From IMG/VR virus record IMGVR_UViG_3300021961_000025: a stretch of DNA of 64,000 nt, one strand, 5' to 3'. The DNA comes from a virus. The translations under genes and the position numbers were made by a program. Of this stretch, positions 1 to 9,293 are shown piece after piece. The notes under the pieces are model-generated. The model was not told the origin of the DNA, ran no database searches, and was given only the letters and a program-made list of their open reading frames with translations. Positions within the stretch are counted from its first letter, which is position 1; every line of letters starts with the position of its first letter.

Positions 1-71
1 GTTCAAATTCGAGTACAATGCGAACGCTGGGCAACCCTCTTTGAAGAAAATTTCCTTCAAAATGGAGAAAT

Positions 72-96
72 AACCCTACTTTTTTGAGGGTTTTTT
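72..96 (+). terminator. Intrinsic terminator hairpin
   Basis: AACCCT(72-77)/AGGGTT(87-92) stem followed by a T run; near copy at 56466-56492. Confidence 0.7.
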
Positions 97-160
97 CATA
101 AGTTGTTGTATTTGCAACAAAAAAAGATTGAAAAAAAGAGCAAAAAAAGCAAAATAGTTG

Positions 161-189
161 TTGACTTTCTTGCAACTTTATGGTATAAT
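161..189 (+). promoter_or_regulatory. Sigma70-type early promoter
   Basis: TTGACT-N17-TATAAT with A-rich upstream tract. Confidence 0.85.
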
Positions 190-195
190 AGCAGT

Positions 196-561
196 ATGAA
201 AATTGAAAAGGAAACTGAAATTATGACTACTGCGACTCTTATCCATGCTGCTTTTTCTGATTTACCTACTGTTGTTGCTGAGATCTACGTTGGCGACTGG
301 ACTGGTGAAAAAGCATTGAACTACGTTTATCGTGCGACTCAAAATATCGAAGGATCTTGGTCGAAAGGTAAAAGTTTTGAATTCAATGGTCAGACTTATG
401 AGAATGAGGACTACGATGACAACATCACTGTTCTTGTTCCTCTGAAAACTGGCAAAGATGGTAACGTTTATGGTTTGCGTTCTACTTCGATGGGTGATCG
501 AATCATCCTTGGTGGTAAGATTTATGAAGTTGCTGCTGTTGGATTTAAGGAGGTGGCATAA
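196..561 (+). CDS. Hypothetical early protein (start 196 or 223)
   Basis: ORF directly after early promoter; the track start at 103 lies upstream of the promoter. Confidence 0.7.
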   Translation: MKIEKETEIMTTATLIHAAFSDLPTVVAEIYVGDWTGEKALNYVYRATQNIEGSWSKGKSFEFNGQTYENEDYDDNITVLVPLKTGKDGNVYGLRSTSMGDRIILGGKIYEVAAVGFKEVA

Positions 562-782
562 TGGTTGACACTACCTTTGACAATAGGCACGGAGGTGCTT
601 TTGATCGTGGGTGTGCTGACAGTTATTACAGACGTCCTCGAAACCCTCATTACTTTGAAGGTAAATCTTTTCAAAGTAATATCGTTTGGAAAGATAAACT
701 GACTGATGAAGAGATTCAGGCATACCATGCAGGTTATGATTATAATGATGAAATGAACAATCACAAAGACTGGGGAATTTAA
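561..782 (+). CDS. Conserved small phage protein
   Basis: GGAGG RBS, coupled TAATG start, RHGGAFDRGxADSYY motif. Confidence 0.7.
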   Translation: MVDTTFDNRHGGAFDRGCADSYYRRPRNPHYFEGKSFQSNIVWKDKLTDEEIQAYHAGYDYNDEMNNHKDWGI

Positions 783-785
783 TAA

Positions 786-2024
786 GTGGCATTCGGATTT
801 AAAGATTATTTAAAAGAACAGAAAAATACTCACATGGAGCATCTAGAGGATCTAGTGTTCAATGAGGGTATGGTTGGTACAAACAAAGCCATTAAATTCC
901 TAGAGGATCTCTTGGGAATGCTTTCTGGTAATGCGACGACTAAAGTATCTGCCACTGTAAAGTGGGATGGTGCTCCTGCTATCTTTGCTGGTATTGATCC
1001 ACGAGATGGCAAATTCTTCGTAGCGAAGAAAGGTGTCTTCAATAAAGATCCTAAAGTTTACAAGACTGCTGCAGATATTAATGCTGACGTCTCTGGCGAT
1101 CTTGCTGCAAAATTAAAAGTAGCATTAGTTGAATTAAAGAAACTTGGTATTACCAAAGGTGTATTCCAAGGCGATCTAATGTTTACAAAATCAGATTTAA
1201 AAACAGAAAAAATTAATGGTGAGTCTTATTTGACTTTCCACCCTAACACTATTGTATACGCTGTTCCTCTTAAGAGTAATCTAGCGACACAAATTAAAAA
1301 AGCAAATATGGGTATCGTTTGGCATACCTCCTACGAAGGATCTTCATTTGAAACAATGAAAGCATCTTTCGGTAAAACTATTATGAATAAGTTAAAATCG
1401 TCTCCAAGTGTTTGGATGGACGATGCTAACTATAAAGATTATAGTGGTACAGCTACCTTTACCAAAGCTGAAACCACAGCAGTAACAAACGAAATTAAGA
1501 AAGCAAAGGCTCTTTCTTCTAGTTTGAATACTAAAATGGTAGATGACATTCATAAAGATGAAGCACTACTGACACATATTAAGACTTATAATAATACCAA
1601 AGTAAGAGAGGGTGAAGAAATTACAAACATTGCAGCACACGTTGCTGGGTTGTTTCATTATATTCACGATAAATATCAAAAAGAAATTGACTCCAAAAAG
1701 ACTGACAAATCGAAGTCTTCTTGGGAAGAAAAACGTAAGAATGTATTAAAGTATTTCTCGGCACACGATCAAAATGAGATCGTTAAAATCTTCGAACTAA
1801 CTAATCTTTTGACTTCCATCAAAAGTGCAGTTATTACCAAGATGAATCAAGCTGGTCATATCAATACATTCTTGAAAACTACAGACGGATTTAAGGTTAC
1901 TGGAGTTGAGGGATTTGTAGCTATTGACCACCTCTCTGGTAATGCTGTAAAGATTGTAGATAGGCTCGAATTTAGCAAATCTAACTTCTCTCCTGACATA
2001 ATTAAAGGGTGGCAGAAGAATTAA
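786..2024 (+). CDS. DUF6267-like protein, possible ligase/nucleotidyltransferase fold
   Basis: KNTHMEHLED and KWDGAPAIF (KxDG) motifs, QGDLMF, EGFV; adjacent to cytidylyltransferase as in other T4-like phages. Confidence 0.65.
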   Translation: MAFGFKDYLKEQKNTHMEHLEDLVFNEGMVGTNKAIKFLEDLLGMLSGNATTKVSATVKWDGAPAIFAGIDPRDGKFFVAKKGVFNKDPKVYKTAADINADVSGDLAAKLKVALVELKKLGITKGVFQGDLMFTKSDLKTEKINGESYLTFHPNTIVYAVPLKSNLATQIKKANMGIVWHTSYEGSSFETMKASFGKTIMNKLKSSPSVWMDDANYKDYSGTATFTKAETTAVTNEIKKAKALSSSLNTKMVDDIHKDEALLTHIKTYNNTKVREGEEITNIAAHVAGLFHYIHDKYQKEIDSKKTDKSKSSWEEKRKNVLKYFSAHDQNEIVKIFELTNLLTSIKSAVITKMNQAGHINTFLKTTDGFKVTGVEGFVAIDHLSGNAVKIVDRLEFSKSNFSPDIIKGWQKN

Positions 2025-2029
2025 GATTA

Positions 2030-2036
2030 CTAAATA
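2030..2036 (+). promoter_or_regulatory. Late promoter (CTAAATA, T4 TATAAATA-like)
   Basis: Same heptamer recurs at gene boundaries at 4754, 8584, 9266, 21429, 36626, 37056, 47068, 50108, 54895, 60421. Confidence 0.7.
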
Positions 2037-2070
2037 AGAGTGTATTAAACTAAATCGATGGACAAAAGAA

Positions 2071-4761
2071 ATGAAGAACTTTAAAAACTTATTACAAGAA
2101 CTACCTGCAAAAAAGATAGTTATCGCCTTTGGACGATTTAATCCTCCAACTACAGGGCATGAACTACTCGTCAACAAGACGACTCAATTTGCATCACGCA
2201 ACAACATCCCCCATCGTATCTACGTTACGCACACTGAGGACAAGAAGAAAAACCCTCTTCCTCAAAAGCGTAAGATATACTTCATGCAACGAATGTTCGG
2301 TAAAGGTGCTAATCTAGTTGGCACTGGAAACGATGTTCGTACTATCATCGAAGTTGCAAAACATTTAGAAAAAGAAAAATTCACAGATTTAGTCCTCGTC
2401 GCTGGTAGCGATCGAGTCCCTCAGTATCGTAAACTACTTGAACAATACAATGGTAAAGAATACAAATTTAACTCAATCGAAGTTGTGTCTTCTGGTAAAA
2501 GGGATCCAGACTCGGAACAAGCAGACGGAATGTCAGCAACAAAAATGCGTGAAGCAGCAAAAGCTGGCAAGTTTGTTGATTTCAAGAGAGGCATCCCAGC
2601 GAAAATGACAGTCGCTGATGCTAAGCGTATGTTCAATGAAGTAAGATTGGGTATGGGTTTAGATCCTATCAAAGAAGAAATTAATTTCGAAACTTCAGAT
2701 ATTAGAGAGAAATACATCAACGAAGAAATCTTCGCTATTGGTTCTGTTGTAGAAGACAGCAATGGCGTATATGAAGTAGTTGATCGTGGTGCTAATTATG
2801 TCACTGTCGTTAATGAGAGTGGTGCAATGAGTAAGAAATGGTTACACCAAGTTGTAGAAGTTGCTACTGCAAAAGAAGCACAACCTATTCTACAAGAAGA
2901 CTCTACTGAAGTTGAGTATAAAGGATACAAAACGAATAACTTCCATATGTGTCCTATTGCGAAAACCGAATTTTTAAATCTTTTTAAAAAAGAAAAAGAT
3001 CCTGTTGCAGTACTGAATGCTCTTAAACTAACTGAAGAGTATTTAAGTATAGAGTCTGCAGCAGAAGAACGTGGGTATGCTACACAATCTGATATCGACA
3101 GATTCCAAGTGATTCAATTAAAAGCATCAGAATCTCTTAAGAAAATCGATGAGTTAGACAATCACGATTACATGAAGATCCATAGCGATGCTATGTCGAA
3201 TCTTCTAGAACAAAATAAAGGCAAGGACGAAATGATAGAAGAACAAATGAAATTTAGTTCGGCTGATCGGATCAAGGTTGCACGAATCATCGGTGGTGCT
3301 CTTGGTGTCAGCGAACCAGAAAAACAGGGTAATCCTACACAGCTAGTTAATATGGGATTACGTAAAATTAGAACAAAAAGAATTACTCCAGAATTTGCTG
3401 CGATTGTAGACAAGATGTTAAACACTGCACGTATTGCTGGAATCGATTATGACGACAGTTTAATGCCAGCTACAATGAAACAAATGAAAGCACGACAAGA
3501 TAAAGATATGAAAGAGGGAGTAGTTTCTGATCGTACTAAAGATCAAATTGCTCGAGAAAAAGAACAAGACAAATTGAAGCATAAAAATATGATGGATCGT
3601 GCTAAGGAGCAAGATAAGAAAATGAAAAAAGAAGAAAAACGATACACAGTTATCGCAATGACTGAAGACAAACAACGAGTGGTGAAAAATATCCTTGCCT
3701 CATCACAAGAAGAAGCTAAGTCTATTGTTGAAGCTGAAGGTATCTACAAATCAGTTATCGTAAGTCAACAAGGTAAGATTGAAGAAGTTAAGAAACCATC
3801 TGTTGAGAAAACAGACACTTCATCTACCTTTAACATTGCTAAGTCTATTATGTCTTATGATGACTTTAAGAAAATGTTAAAGATCCAAGGTGGAATTAAA
3901 AAAGACGAATCAACTTTTGAAGGTAAAAATGAGTTTGGTGTAATCGTTAAGAAACGAGGACATCATCCTGACGGAACAGAGATCGAAGACGATCCACATC
4001 CAGATCATAACCCTGCAAATATTCACGAGCCAAACCCACGTAAACGTCGTGCTGATCAGTACGATATGATGGACTCAGTAGAGTTAGATGGTGAAGTGCT
4101 TGAAGAAGGACGTATGAAAGAAATTTCAATAGATATGAAAGATCTATCTGCTGCAGAGTTCTTACAAAAGTATAAAAAAACAAAAGCTGAACTGCAAAAA
4201 GCATTAAGTGGTGGAATTAAACAAGAGGCACGTCCAACTGATGGAGATCCAGAAAAGGATTACCTATCAGATAGAGAAATGGAAGATATCATTTCTAGAT
4301 ACGACGATGATCTTGATCCACTAGATGACGAAGATTTACTTGATCTTTACGATGACGATGAATTAGAAATCGTTGACGAAGAAGATGAAGTAGTATCAGA
4401 GTCAGTATTGTTTGAGGGCGAAGAAGTACAAATGAATGAAGTGCTTTCTCGTACTGAACGTATTAAGGCACGTGTTCGTTTAATGAAGACTCGTGCAAAA
4501 CGTCAACGTAATTTAAAGATTGCTCTTAAGAAACACTCTTCAACTCAAGTTATTAACAGACGTGCAAGACGACTAGCAATCAAAGCTATCAAACAACGTC
4601 TATTCAAGAAACCTGCTAATAAAATGTCAGTGGGTGAAAAAGAAAGAGCAGAAGCAAGAATTAAAAAATTGTCACACATTGTTAATCGTGTTGCAATGAA
4701 ACTTGCTCCTAAAGTTAGAAGGATGGAAAAGAAACGTCTTTCAAGCCGAAGGACTAAATAA
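2071..4761 (+). CDS. Cytidylyltransferase-like domain fused to long multi-module internal head protein
   Basis: FGRFNPPTTGH (HxGH-type), VAGSDRV, MSATKMR motifs in N-terminal ~200 aa; charged modular C-terminal region. Confidence 0.75.
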   Translation: MKNFKNLLQELPAKKIVIAFGRFNPPTTGHELLVNKTTQFASRNNIPHRIYVTHTEDKKKNPLPQKRKIYFMQRMFGKGANLVGTGNDVRTIIEVAKHLEKEKFTDLVLVAGSDRVPQYRKLLEQYNGKEYKFNSIEVVSSGKRDPDSEQADGMSATKMREAAKAGKFVDFKRGIPAKMTVADAKRMFNEVRLGMGLDPIKEEINFETSDIREKYINEEIFAIGSVVEDSNGVYEVVDRGANYVTVVNESGAMSKKWLHQVVEVATAKEAQPILQEDSTEVEYKGYKTNNFHMCPIAKTEFLNLFKKEKDPVAVLNALKLTEEYLSIESAAEERGYATQSDIDRFQVIQLKASESLKKIDELDNHDYMKIHSDAMSNLLEQNKGKDEMIEEQMKFSSADRIKVARIIGGALGVSEPEKQGNPTQLVNMGLRKIRTKRITPEFAAIVDKMLNTARIAGIDYDDSLMPATMKQMKARQDKDMKEGVVSDRTKDQIAREKEQDKLKHKNMMDRAKEQDKKMKKEEKRYTVIAMTEDKQRVVKNILASSQEEAKSIVEAEGIYKSVIVSQQGKIEEVKKPSVEKTDTSSTFNIAKSIMSYDDFKKMLKIQGGIKKDESTFEGKNEFGVIVKKRGHHPDGTEIEDDPHPDHNPANIHEPNPRKRRADQYDMMDSVELDGEVLEEGRMKEISIDMKDLSAAEFLQKYKKTKAELQKALSGGIKQEARPTDGDPEKDYLSDREMEDIISRYDDDLDPLDDEDLLDLYDDDELEIVDEEDEVVSESVLFEGEEVQMNEVLSRTERIKARVRLMKTRAKRQRNLKIALKKHSSTQVINRRARRLAIKAIKQRLFKKPANKMSVGEKERAEARIKKLSHIVNRVAMKLAPKVRRMEKKRLSSRRTK

Positions 4762-4765
4762 TAAC

Positions 4766-5191
4766 ATGGCTGTTAAATCGTTTAAAGACTTTTTAGATGA
4801 AGTTGCTAATCAATTTCCTCACTCACAGCAGTTCGAACATTTAGATTGTGGAACTGGTAAGTGTTGTGGGGATTGCCAAGAAGAGACAGATTCTATTCTC
4901 TGGGAAGAAGTCCTAGAAGAATCTGAGTATCAAGGTAAGAAAGTAACTTTAAATAAACCATTTCGTGCTAGTGGTGGCAAGAAGAAATTCTATGTCTACG
5001 TTAGAAACGATAAAGGGAATATTATTAAGTTAGGGTTTGGTGATCCAAATATGGAAATCAAACGAGACGATCCAGCAAGACGTAAAGCATATCGATCAAG
5101 ACATGGTTGTGACAATCCTGGACCAAAATGGAAAGCCAACTATTGGTCTTGTAAGATGTGGAGCGCAAAACCAGTAAGTAAAATAACCTAA
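4766..5191 (+). CDS. Conserved phage protein (DUF6321-like)
   Basis: KKFYVYV..GFGDPNM..RRKAYRSRHGC..YWSCKMW motif; follows late promoter 4754. Confidence 0.6.
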   Translation: MAVKSFKDFLDEVANQFPHSQQFEHLDCGTGKCCGDCQEETDSILWEEVLEESEYQGKKVTLNKPFRASGGKKKFYVYVRNDKGNIIKLGFGDPNMEIKRDDPARRKAYRSRHGCDNPGPKWKANYWSCKMWSAKPVSKIT

Positions 5192-5205
5192 GGAGTGATT
5201 ATAAA

Positions 5206-5469
5206 ATGACACGTGAAGAAATATCTTTAGCAATTGTGGAAGCAATTAAGAAGATTACTATGAAAAGCGATATCGAGATTCATGGTGATACGGATCTAAG
5301 GAATGATGTTGGTATTGACAGTTTAGATACTGTTGAGTTGCTAATGGACTTAGAAGATAATTACGGAGTGATTATTTCTAATGAAGAGGCAGAAACATTT
5401 AAAACTTTAGATGATGTGGTTACAATGGTTGAAGAAAAGTTAAACGACCCAAGTAAGAACAAGGAATAA
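5206..5469 (+). CDS. acpP: Acyl carrier protein
   Basis: 87 aa, acidic, GIDSLDTVELLMDLED phosphopantetheine-attachment motif. Confidence 0.9.
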   Translation: MTREEISLAIVEAIKKITMKSDIEIHGDTDLRNDVGIDSLDTVELLMDLEDNYGVIISNEEAETFKTLDDVVTMVEEKLNDPSKNKE

Positions 5470-5476
5470 AAATTAA

Positions 5477-5965
5477 ATGGCTGGATTACATATACTTAAA
5501 AACTCGCATCAAGAGGCAATAGTCAAAGTTTATACGACGAGTCCTTCAGGAGAAACTATTGATATTTCTCTACAGAACACTCTAACTTTGCCTACTGAAG
5601 TATATGTTACAGGAACAGCACTCACTGATGAAAGTGTAGATGGTGGTTATTCTACCTATACTGGTTCACATGTTATTATAACTGGTATTTGGTGGGGTGC
5701 TAAGGATGGTAAACAAGTAGACATTCTGCGTAAGATTGATGCTGTACCTACTTATCACAATCACTATTATCTAATTGGTGCGAACTTTTACGACTTTAAA
5801 GCATCAGGATTTGCTGATCGTGTTTACGCAAATAAAGATATTACAGTTAGTTTTGTTGGTGGAGAAGGACATTGTATTCTTCGCCTAAGTAAAATGGGTT
5901 GGAATCAAAAGATAGAATTACCACAATTTTCGGTTTATGATAATCCGAACGTTGTTGGTTCATAA
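5477..5965 (+). CDS. Hypothetical (probable virion) protein
   Basis: ORF with RBS in late cluster. Confidence 0.55.
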   Translation: MAGLHILKNSHQEAIVKVYTTSPSGETIDISLQNTLTLPTEVYVTGTALTDESVDGGYSTYTGSHVIITGIWWGAKDGKQVDILRKIDAVPTYHNHYYLIGANFYDFKASGFADRVYANKDITVSFVGGEGHCILRLSKMGWNQKIELPQFSVYDNPNVVGS

Positions 5966-5977
5966 TAGAGGTTACGA

Positions 5978-6415
5978 ATGGATGAATTGAAAACAGCTTT
6001 AAAGATTGCAATCGCAAATAGTTTTGCAATGTATTATAAAGCACAGGCTATGCATTGGAATGTTGAGGGAATGTTCTTTGGACAGTTCCACGAATTCTTT
6101 GGTAATGTATACGAAGATATTTACGAGTCTATCGATAAGTCGGCAGAACAATTACGTGCACTAGGAGAGTATGCTCCTGCAAGTATTGACGATCTATATC
6201 GATATAAAACAGTAAATGAAAGTCAGCTAAATAGAGATGTAACGTCACAGTTAGAAGATCTATTAGTGACTAACACGATGCTTTTGGAGTCTTGGATGAA
6301 AGTACTTCATGAAGCAGAAAGCGAAATGCAACATGGTTTAGAAAACTATGCTGCTGAACGAATCGATGCTCATAAAAAACATGAGTGGATGATCAAATCA
6401 TATTTAAGGAAATAA
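5978..6415 (+). CDS. dps: Dps/ferritin-like DNA protection protein
   Basis: HWNVEG..F..HEFF..Y..D..AEQLR and terminal H.K..WM ferroxidase signature. Confidence 0.9.
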   Translation: MDELKTALKIAIANSFAMYYKAQAMHWNVEGMFFGQFHEFFGNVYEDIYESIDKSAEQLRALGEYAPASIDDLYRYKTVNESQLNRDVTSQLEDLLVTNTMLLESWMKVLHEAESEMQHGLENYAAERIDAHKKHEWMIKSYLRK

Positions 6416-6416
6416 A

Positions 6417-6611
6417 ATGGAAAATAATGAAGTAAAAAATACAGAAGTAAAAGTAGAGGAAACTCCTGCTACTGCTCCTGCTGAACAAGTTGCTAGTGAA
6501 ACTAAAGTAGAAACACCTGCTGCTGCACCTGCAGTAGAAGCACCTAAGAACCCACTAATTGATGCAACAGTAAAAGAACTAAGTGACAAAATGGGATTCC
6601 GAGGTAATTAA
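6417..6611 (+). CDS. Small Ala/Pro/Glu-rich hypothetical protein
   Basis: ORF with RBS. Confidence 0.55.
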   Translation: MENNEVKNTEVKVEETPATAPAEQVASETKVETPAAAPAVEAPKNPLIDATVKELSDKMGFRGN

Positions 6612-6627
6612 TTAAATCGAGGAAGAA

Positions 6628-7635
6628 ATGAAAAGTTACGGACAATTTATAGATGGACTATCTGAAGGAAAACTTACCGAGTTATCCAGATCCACTCTAT
6701 CATCATACTCGTCAAAGGCATCTGATGCATCAAAGCACAAAGGATTACCTACTAAAAAAGTAGATAATCGTTATGCTGGTGTAAAGAAAGCCAGTGACCA
6801 ATTAGCAAAGAAAAAATTAGGTGAAGAACAATGCACCTGCGATTGTGGTAAAAATCCATGCATTGAATGTGGCAAATCTCATCATAAAATGAACGAAGCA
6901 AAAGATCCTAACGAATACGATCGTGAAGGAGATATGGCTAAAACTCAATTAATGACTATCTGTCGTAATGCAGAAGATTTAATTGAAATGATGGATGACG
7001 ATGCTAACCTACCAGAATGGGTACAGGCTAAGATCGTTAAAGCAGAAGATTACATCACTACTGTTCGTGACTATTTGCAATCAGAAAAAGAACGTATGAA
7101 TGAGGCTGTAAAAGTACCATCTAAGTTCTCTGATATGCAGATTAAACAAGCATATGGTATTCTAAATGACAAACGATGGAAAGGTGGCAATATGACATCT
7201 ATCGTTAGTCGTATTGAAGCTATCGCTAAAGGTTTATCTAAACATCCTAACGTTTATCAAGCAATTAAACGTACCAACGAAGAATTATCACCAAAGCAAA
7301 AGAAAATCGATAAGAACAAAAATGGTAAAATCGATGGTTCTGATCTACAAGCAATACGTAAAGAGGCAGTTGAAAAAGCGACTGGCGATTTAAAAGATGC
7401 TTGCTGGAAAGGTTTCACTGCTGTAGGAACTAAAATGAAAAATGGTAAAAAAGTACCTAATTGTGTTCCTGTAAAAGAAGAAGAACTATCTGATGCTGAG
7501 GCAAAGAAAAAAGAAGAAATTGTGAAAGGCATGAAGAAGTCTTTCAAAGATTTTGTGAAGAAATACGGTAGCGAGAAAAAGGCAAAAGAAGTTATGTATG
7601 CCACTGCTGCGAAATTGGCACAAAAAAAGAAATAA
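6628..7635 (+). CDS. Modular internal head (poly)protein
   Basis: MKSYGQFI..LSE N-terminus resembles T4 capsid-targeting sequence; short modules separated by xxE sites. Confidence 0.6.
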   Translation: MKSYGQFIDGLSEGKLTELSRSTLSSYSSKASDASKHKGLPTKKVDNRYAGVKKASDQLAKKKLGEEQCTCDCGKNPCIECGKSHHKMNEAKDPNEYDREGDMAKTQLMTICRNAEDLIEMMDDDANLPEWVQAKIVKAEDYITTVRDYLQSEKERMNEAVKVPSKFSDMQIKQAYGILNDKRWKGGNMTSIVSRIEAIAKGLSKHPNVYQAIKRTNEELSPKQKKIDKNKNGKIDGSDLQAIRKEAVEKATGDLKDACWKGFTAVGTKMKNGKKVPNCVPVKEEELSDAEAKKKEEIVKGMKKSFKDFVKKYGSEKKAKEVMYATAAKLAQKKK

Positions 7636-7777
7636 GTTTGAATTCTATATCGAGTCATTCGACTCGCCCATAGCTAAATTAAATTGGTGGAATCGAAAGA
7701 AAGTAGCCAAACGTGATATAACTAGCCATAGGGATGATCTTTATAATCAAAGAGTAATTTAATAAGGAGAAATCAAA

Positions 7778-8587
7778 ATGGCTCTATGGGGTAAAACAGA
7801 CGCACCAGTATCTCGTCCTAATTGGATCGATGTTGGTCAAATCAAAAAAATCGTAGTCACCGATGGTGGCTCAGGATATACATCTGCAACTGTAGCAATT
7901 ACTGCTCCTGCATCAGGAACACAAGCTACTGCAACTGCAGTAATTTCCAATGGAGCAATTGCTTCAATCACTATTACAAATCCAGGAGATGGATACGTAG
8001 CTGGTGATGCAGCAACTGTTACTATTTCTGGTGACGGAGCAGACGCTACTGCTGAAGCACGTAAAGCACCTAACACTTACGCTGCAACAGACTTAGTATT
8101 TGTTGACGAAACTGAAGCAGGAATCGCATCAAACAAAGCACGTGGTATCACTGGTGCTGGTTGGTGGTTAGTAAAAACTTATACAGACTCAGACGGAAAC
8201 ACTCGTCATAAAAATGAATGCATCGTAACAATGGCTGTAACTGCTGTTGCTGCTGGTGATCAAGCTGACGATACTGTTGCTGCTGATGTATTAGAAACTA
8301 TCACTATCACTGCACAACCTACTGATGAAACAACTGTCGCAGGTGAAGCAACATTCACTGTTACAGCTACAGTCGATCAAAGTGGTACAATCGCTTACCA
8401 ATGGCAACGTAAACTTGCTGCTGCAGGTTCTCGTTGGGCTAACGTTGCTGGCGAAACAGCAAACTCAATCGATCTTACTGGACAGACTGCTGCCAATGAG
8501 GGCGATGAGTATCGTGTAAAAATTACTACAAGCAAGGGTGCTAAAGAAGTTACTTCTGACGCAGCATCTGTTGTTTGGGGTGACTAA
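7778..8587 (+). CDS. Virion structural protein with Ig-like C-terminal domain
   Basis: GGSGYTSATV beta-rich repeats; ITAQP..YQWQ..YRV Ig-like motif. Confidence 0.7.
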   Translation: MALWGKTDAPVSRPNWIDVGQIKKIVVTDGGSGYTSATVAITAPASGTQATATAVISNGAIASITITNPGDGYVAGDAATVTISGDGADATAEARKAPNTYAATDLVFVDETEAGIASNKARGITGAGWWLVKTYTDSDGNTRHKNECIVTMAVTAVAAGDQADDTVAADVLETITITAQPTDETTVAGEATFTVTATVDQSGTIAYQWQRKLAAAGSRWANVAGETANSIDLTGQTAANEGDEYRVKITTSKGAKEVTSDAASVVWGD

Positions 8588-8602
8588 ATAATAGTATAAA
8601 CC

Positions 8603-8644
8603 TAGAGTTGGGGTAGGGTTGTAACAAACCCTACCTACTCTTTA
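8603..8644 (+). terminator. Strong hairpin (terminator or 5' stabiliser)
   Basis: GTAGGGTT/AACCCTAC stem extended by AGAGT/ACTCT, then T-rich. Confidence 0.55.
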
Positions 8645-8666
8645 TTATCGAATAGGAGATATAAAA

Positions 8667-9269
8667 ATGGCTGATCAAAAGATCTCGGAACTAAATGCTG
8701 CAACGTCTGCTGCTGGTGCCGATTTATTTACCATCGTACAGGGTGGTTCTAACAAGAAATTAACTGTACAAAATTTTTTGGCGAATCTAAACTCGCCTGT
8801 TATTATTAACGAAAATGGTGCTGACCAAGACACTCGTGTTGAAGGATCTTCAGACGACAATCTATTGTTTGCTGATGCTTCAGCTGACAAAGTAGGTGTT
8901 GGTACTAATGCACCACAAGAAAAATTAGACGTAGACGGAAATCTTGCAATTTCTGGTGGGTTCTTACGTTTAAGTCAAACTCCACAATCTGCTAGTGGTA
9001 CTGCTACTGGCTCCCTTACAACTGCAATCACTTCGTTCACTCTTACGACAGGTGCTGACACTTTATCGTTAGCAAATGGCGTAGCTGGACAAATGAAGCA
9101 TGTCGTTGTTATCGGTGGTACTGGCTCATGCACAGTTACACCTGCAACTCGTTTGGGCTATTCATCTGTAACGATGAATGGTGCTGGAGACACTTTAACG
9201 CTAATGTATATTGATGATACATCTGGTTGGGCAATTTGCGCACAACACGGATGCACAGTTAACATCTAA
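8667..9269 (+). CDS. Virion structural / tail-fibre-like protein
   Basis: MADQKISEL N-terminus, VGVGTNAPQEKLDVDG fibre repeat. Confidence 0.65.
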   Translation: MADQKISELNAATSAAGADLFTIVQGGSNKKLTVQNFLANLNSPVIINENGADQDTRVEGSSDDNLLFADASADKVGVGTNAPQEKLDVDGNLAISGGFLRLSQTPQSASGTATGSLTTAITSFTLTTGADTLSLANGVAGQMKHVVVIGGTGSCTVTPATRLGYSSVTMNGAGDTLTLMYIDDTSGWAICAQHGCTVNI

Positions 9270-9293
9270 ATATAATTAACACTTGAGGATATT

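Noticed and set aside
7620-7680. A_AAA_AAG slippery heptamer at end of ORF 6628 with downstream hairpin
   Set aside because: The hairpin is ~20 nt away, the -1 product adds only ~14 aa, and such runs are common in Lys-rich AT-rich genes
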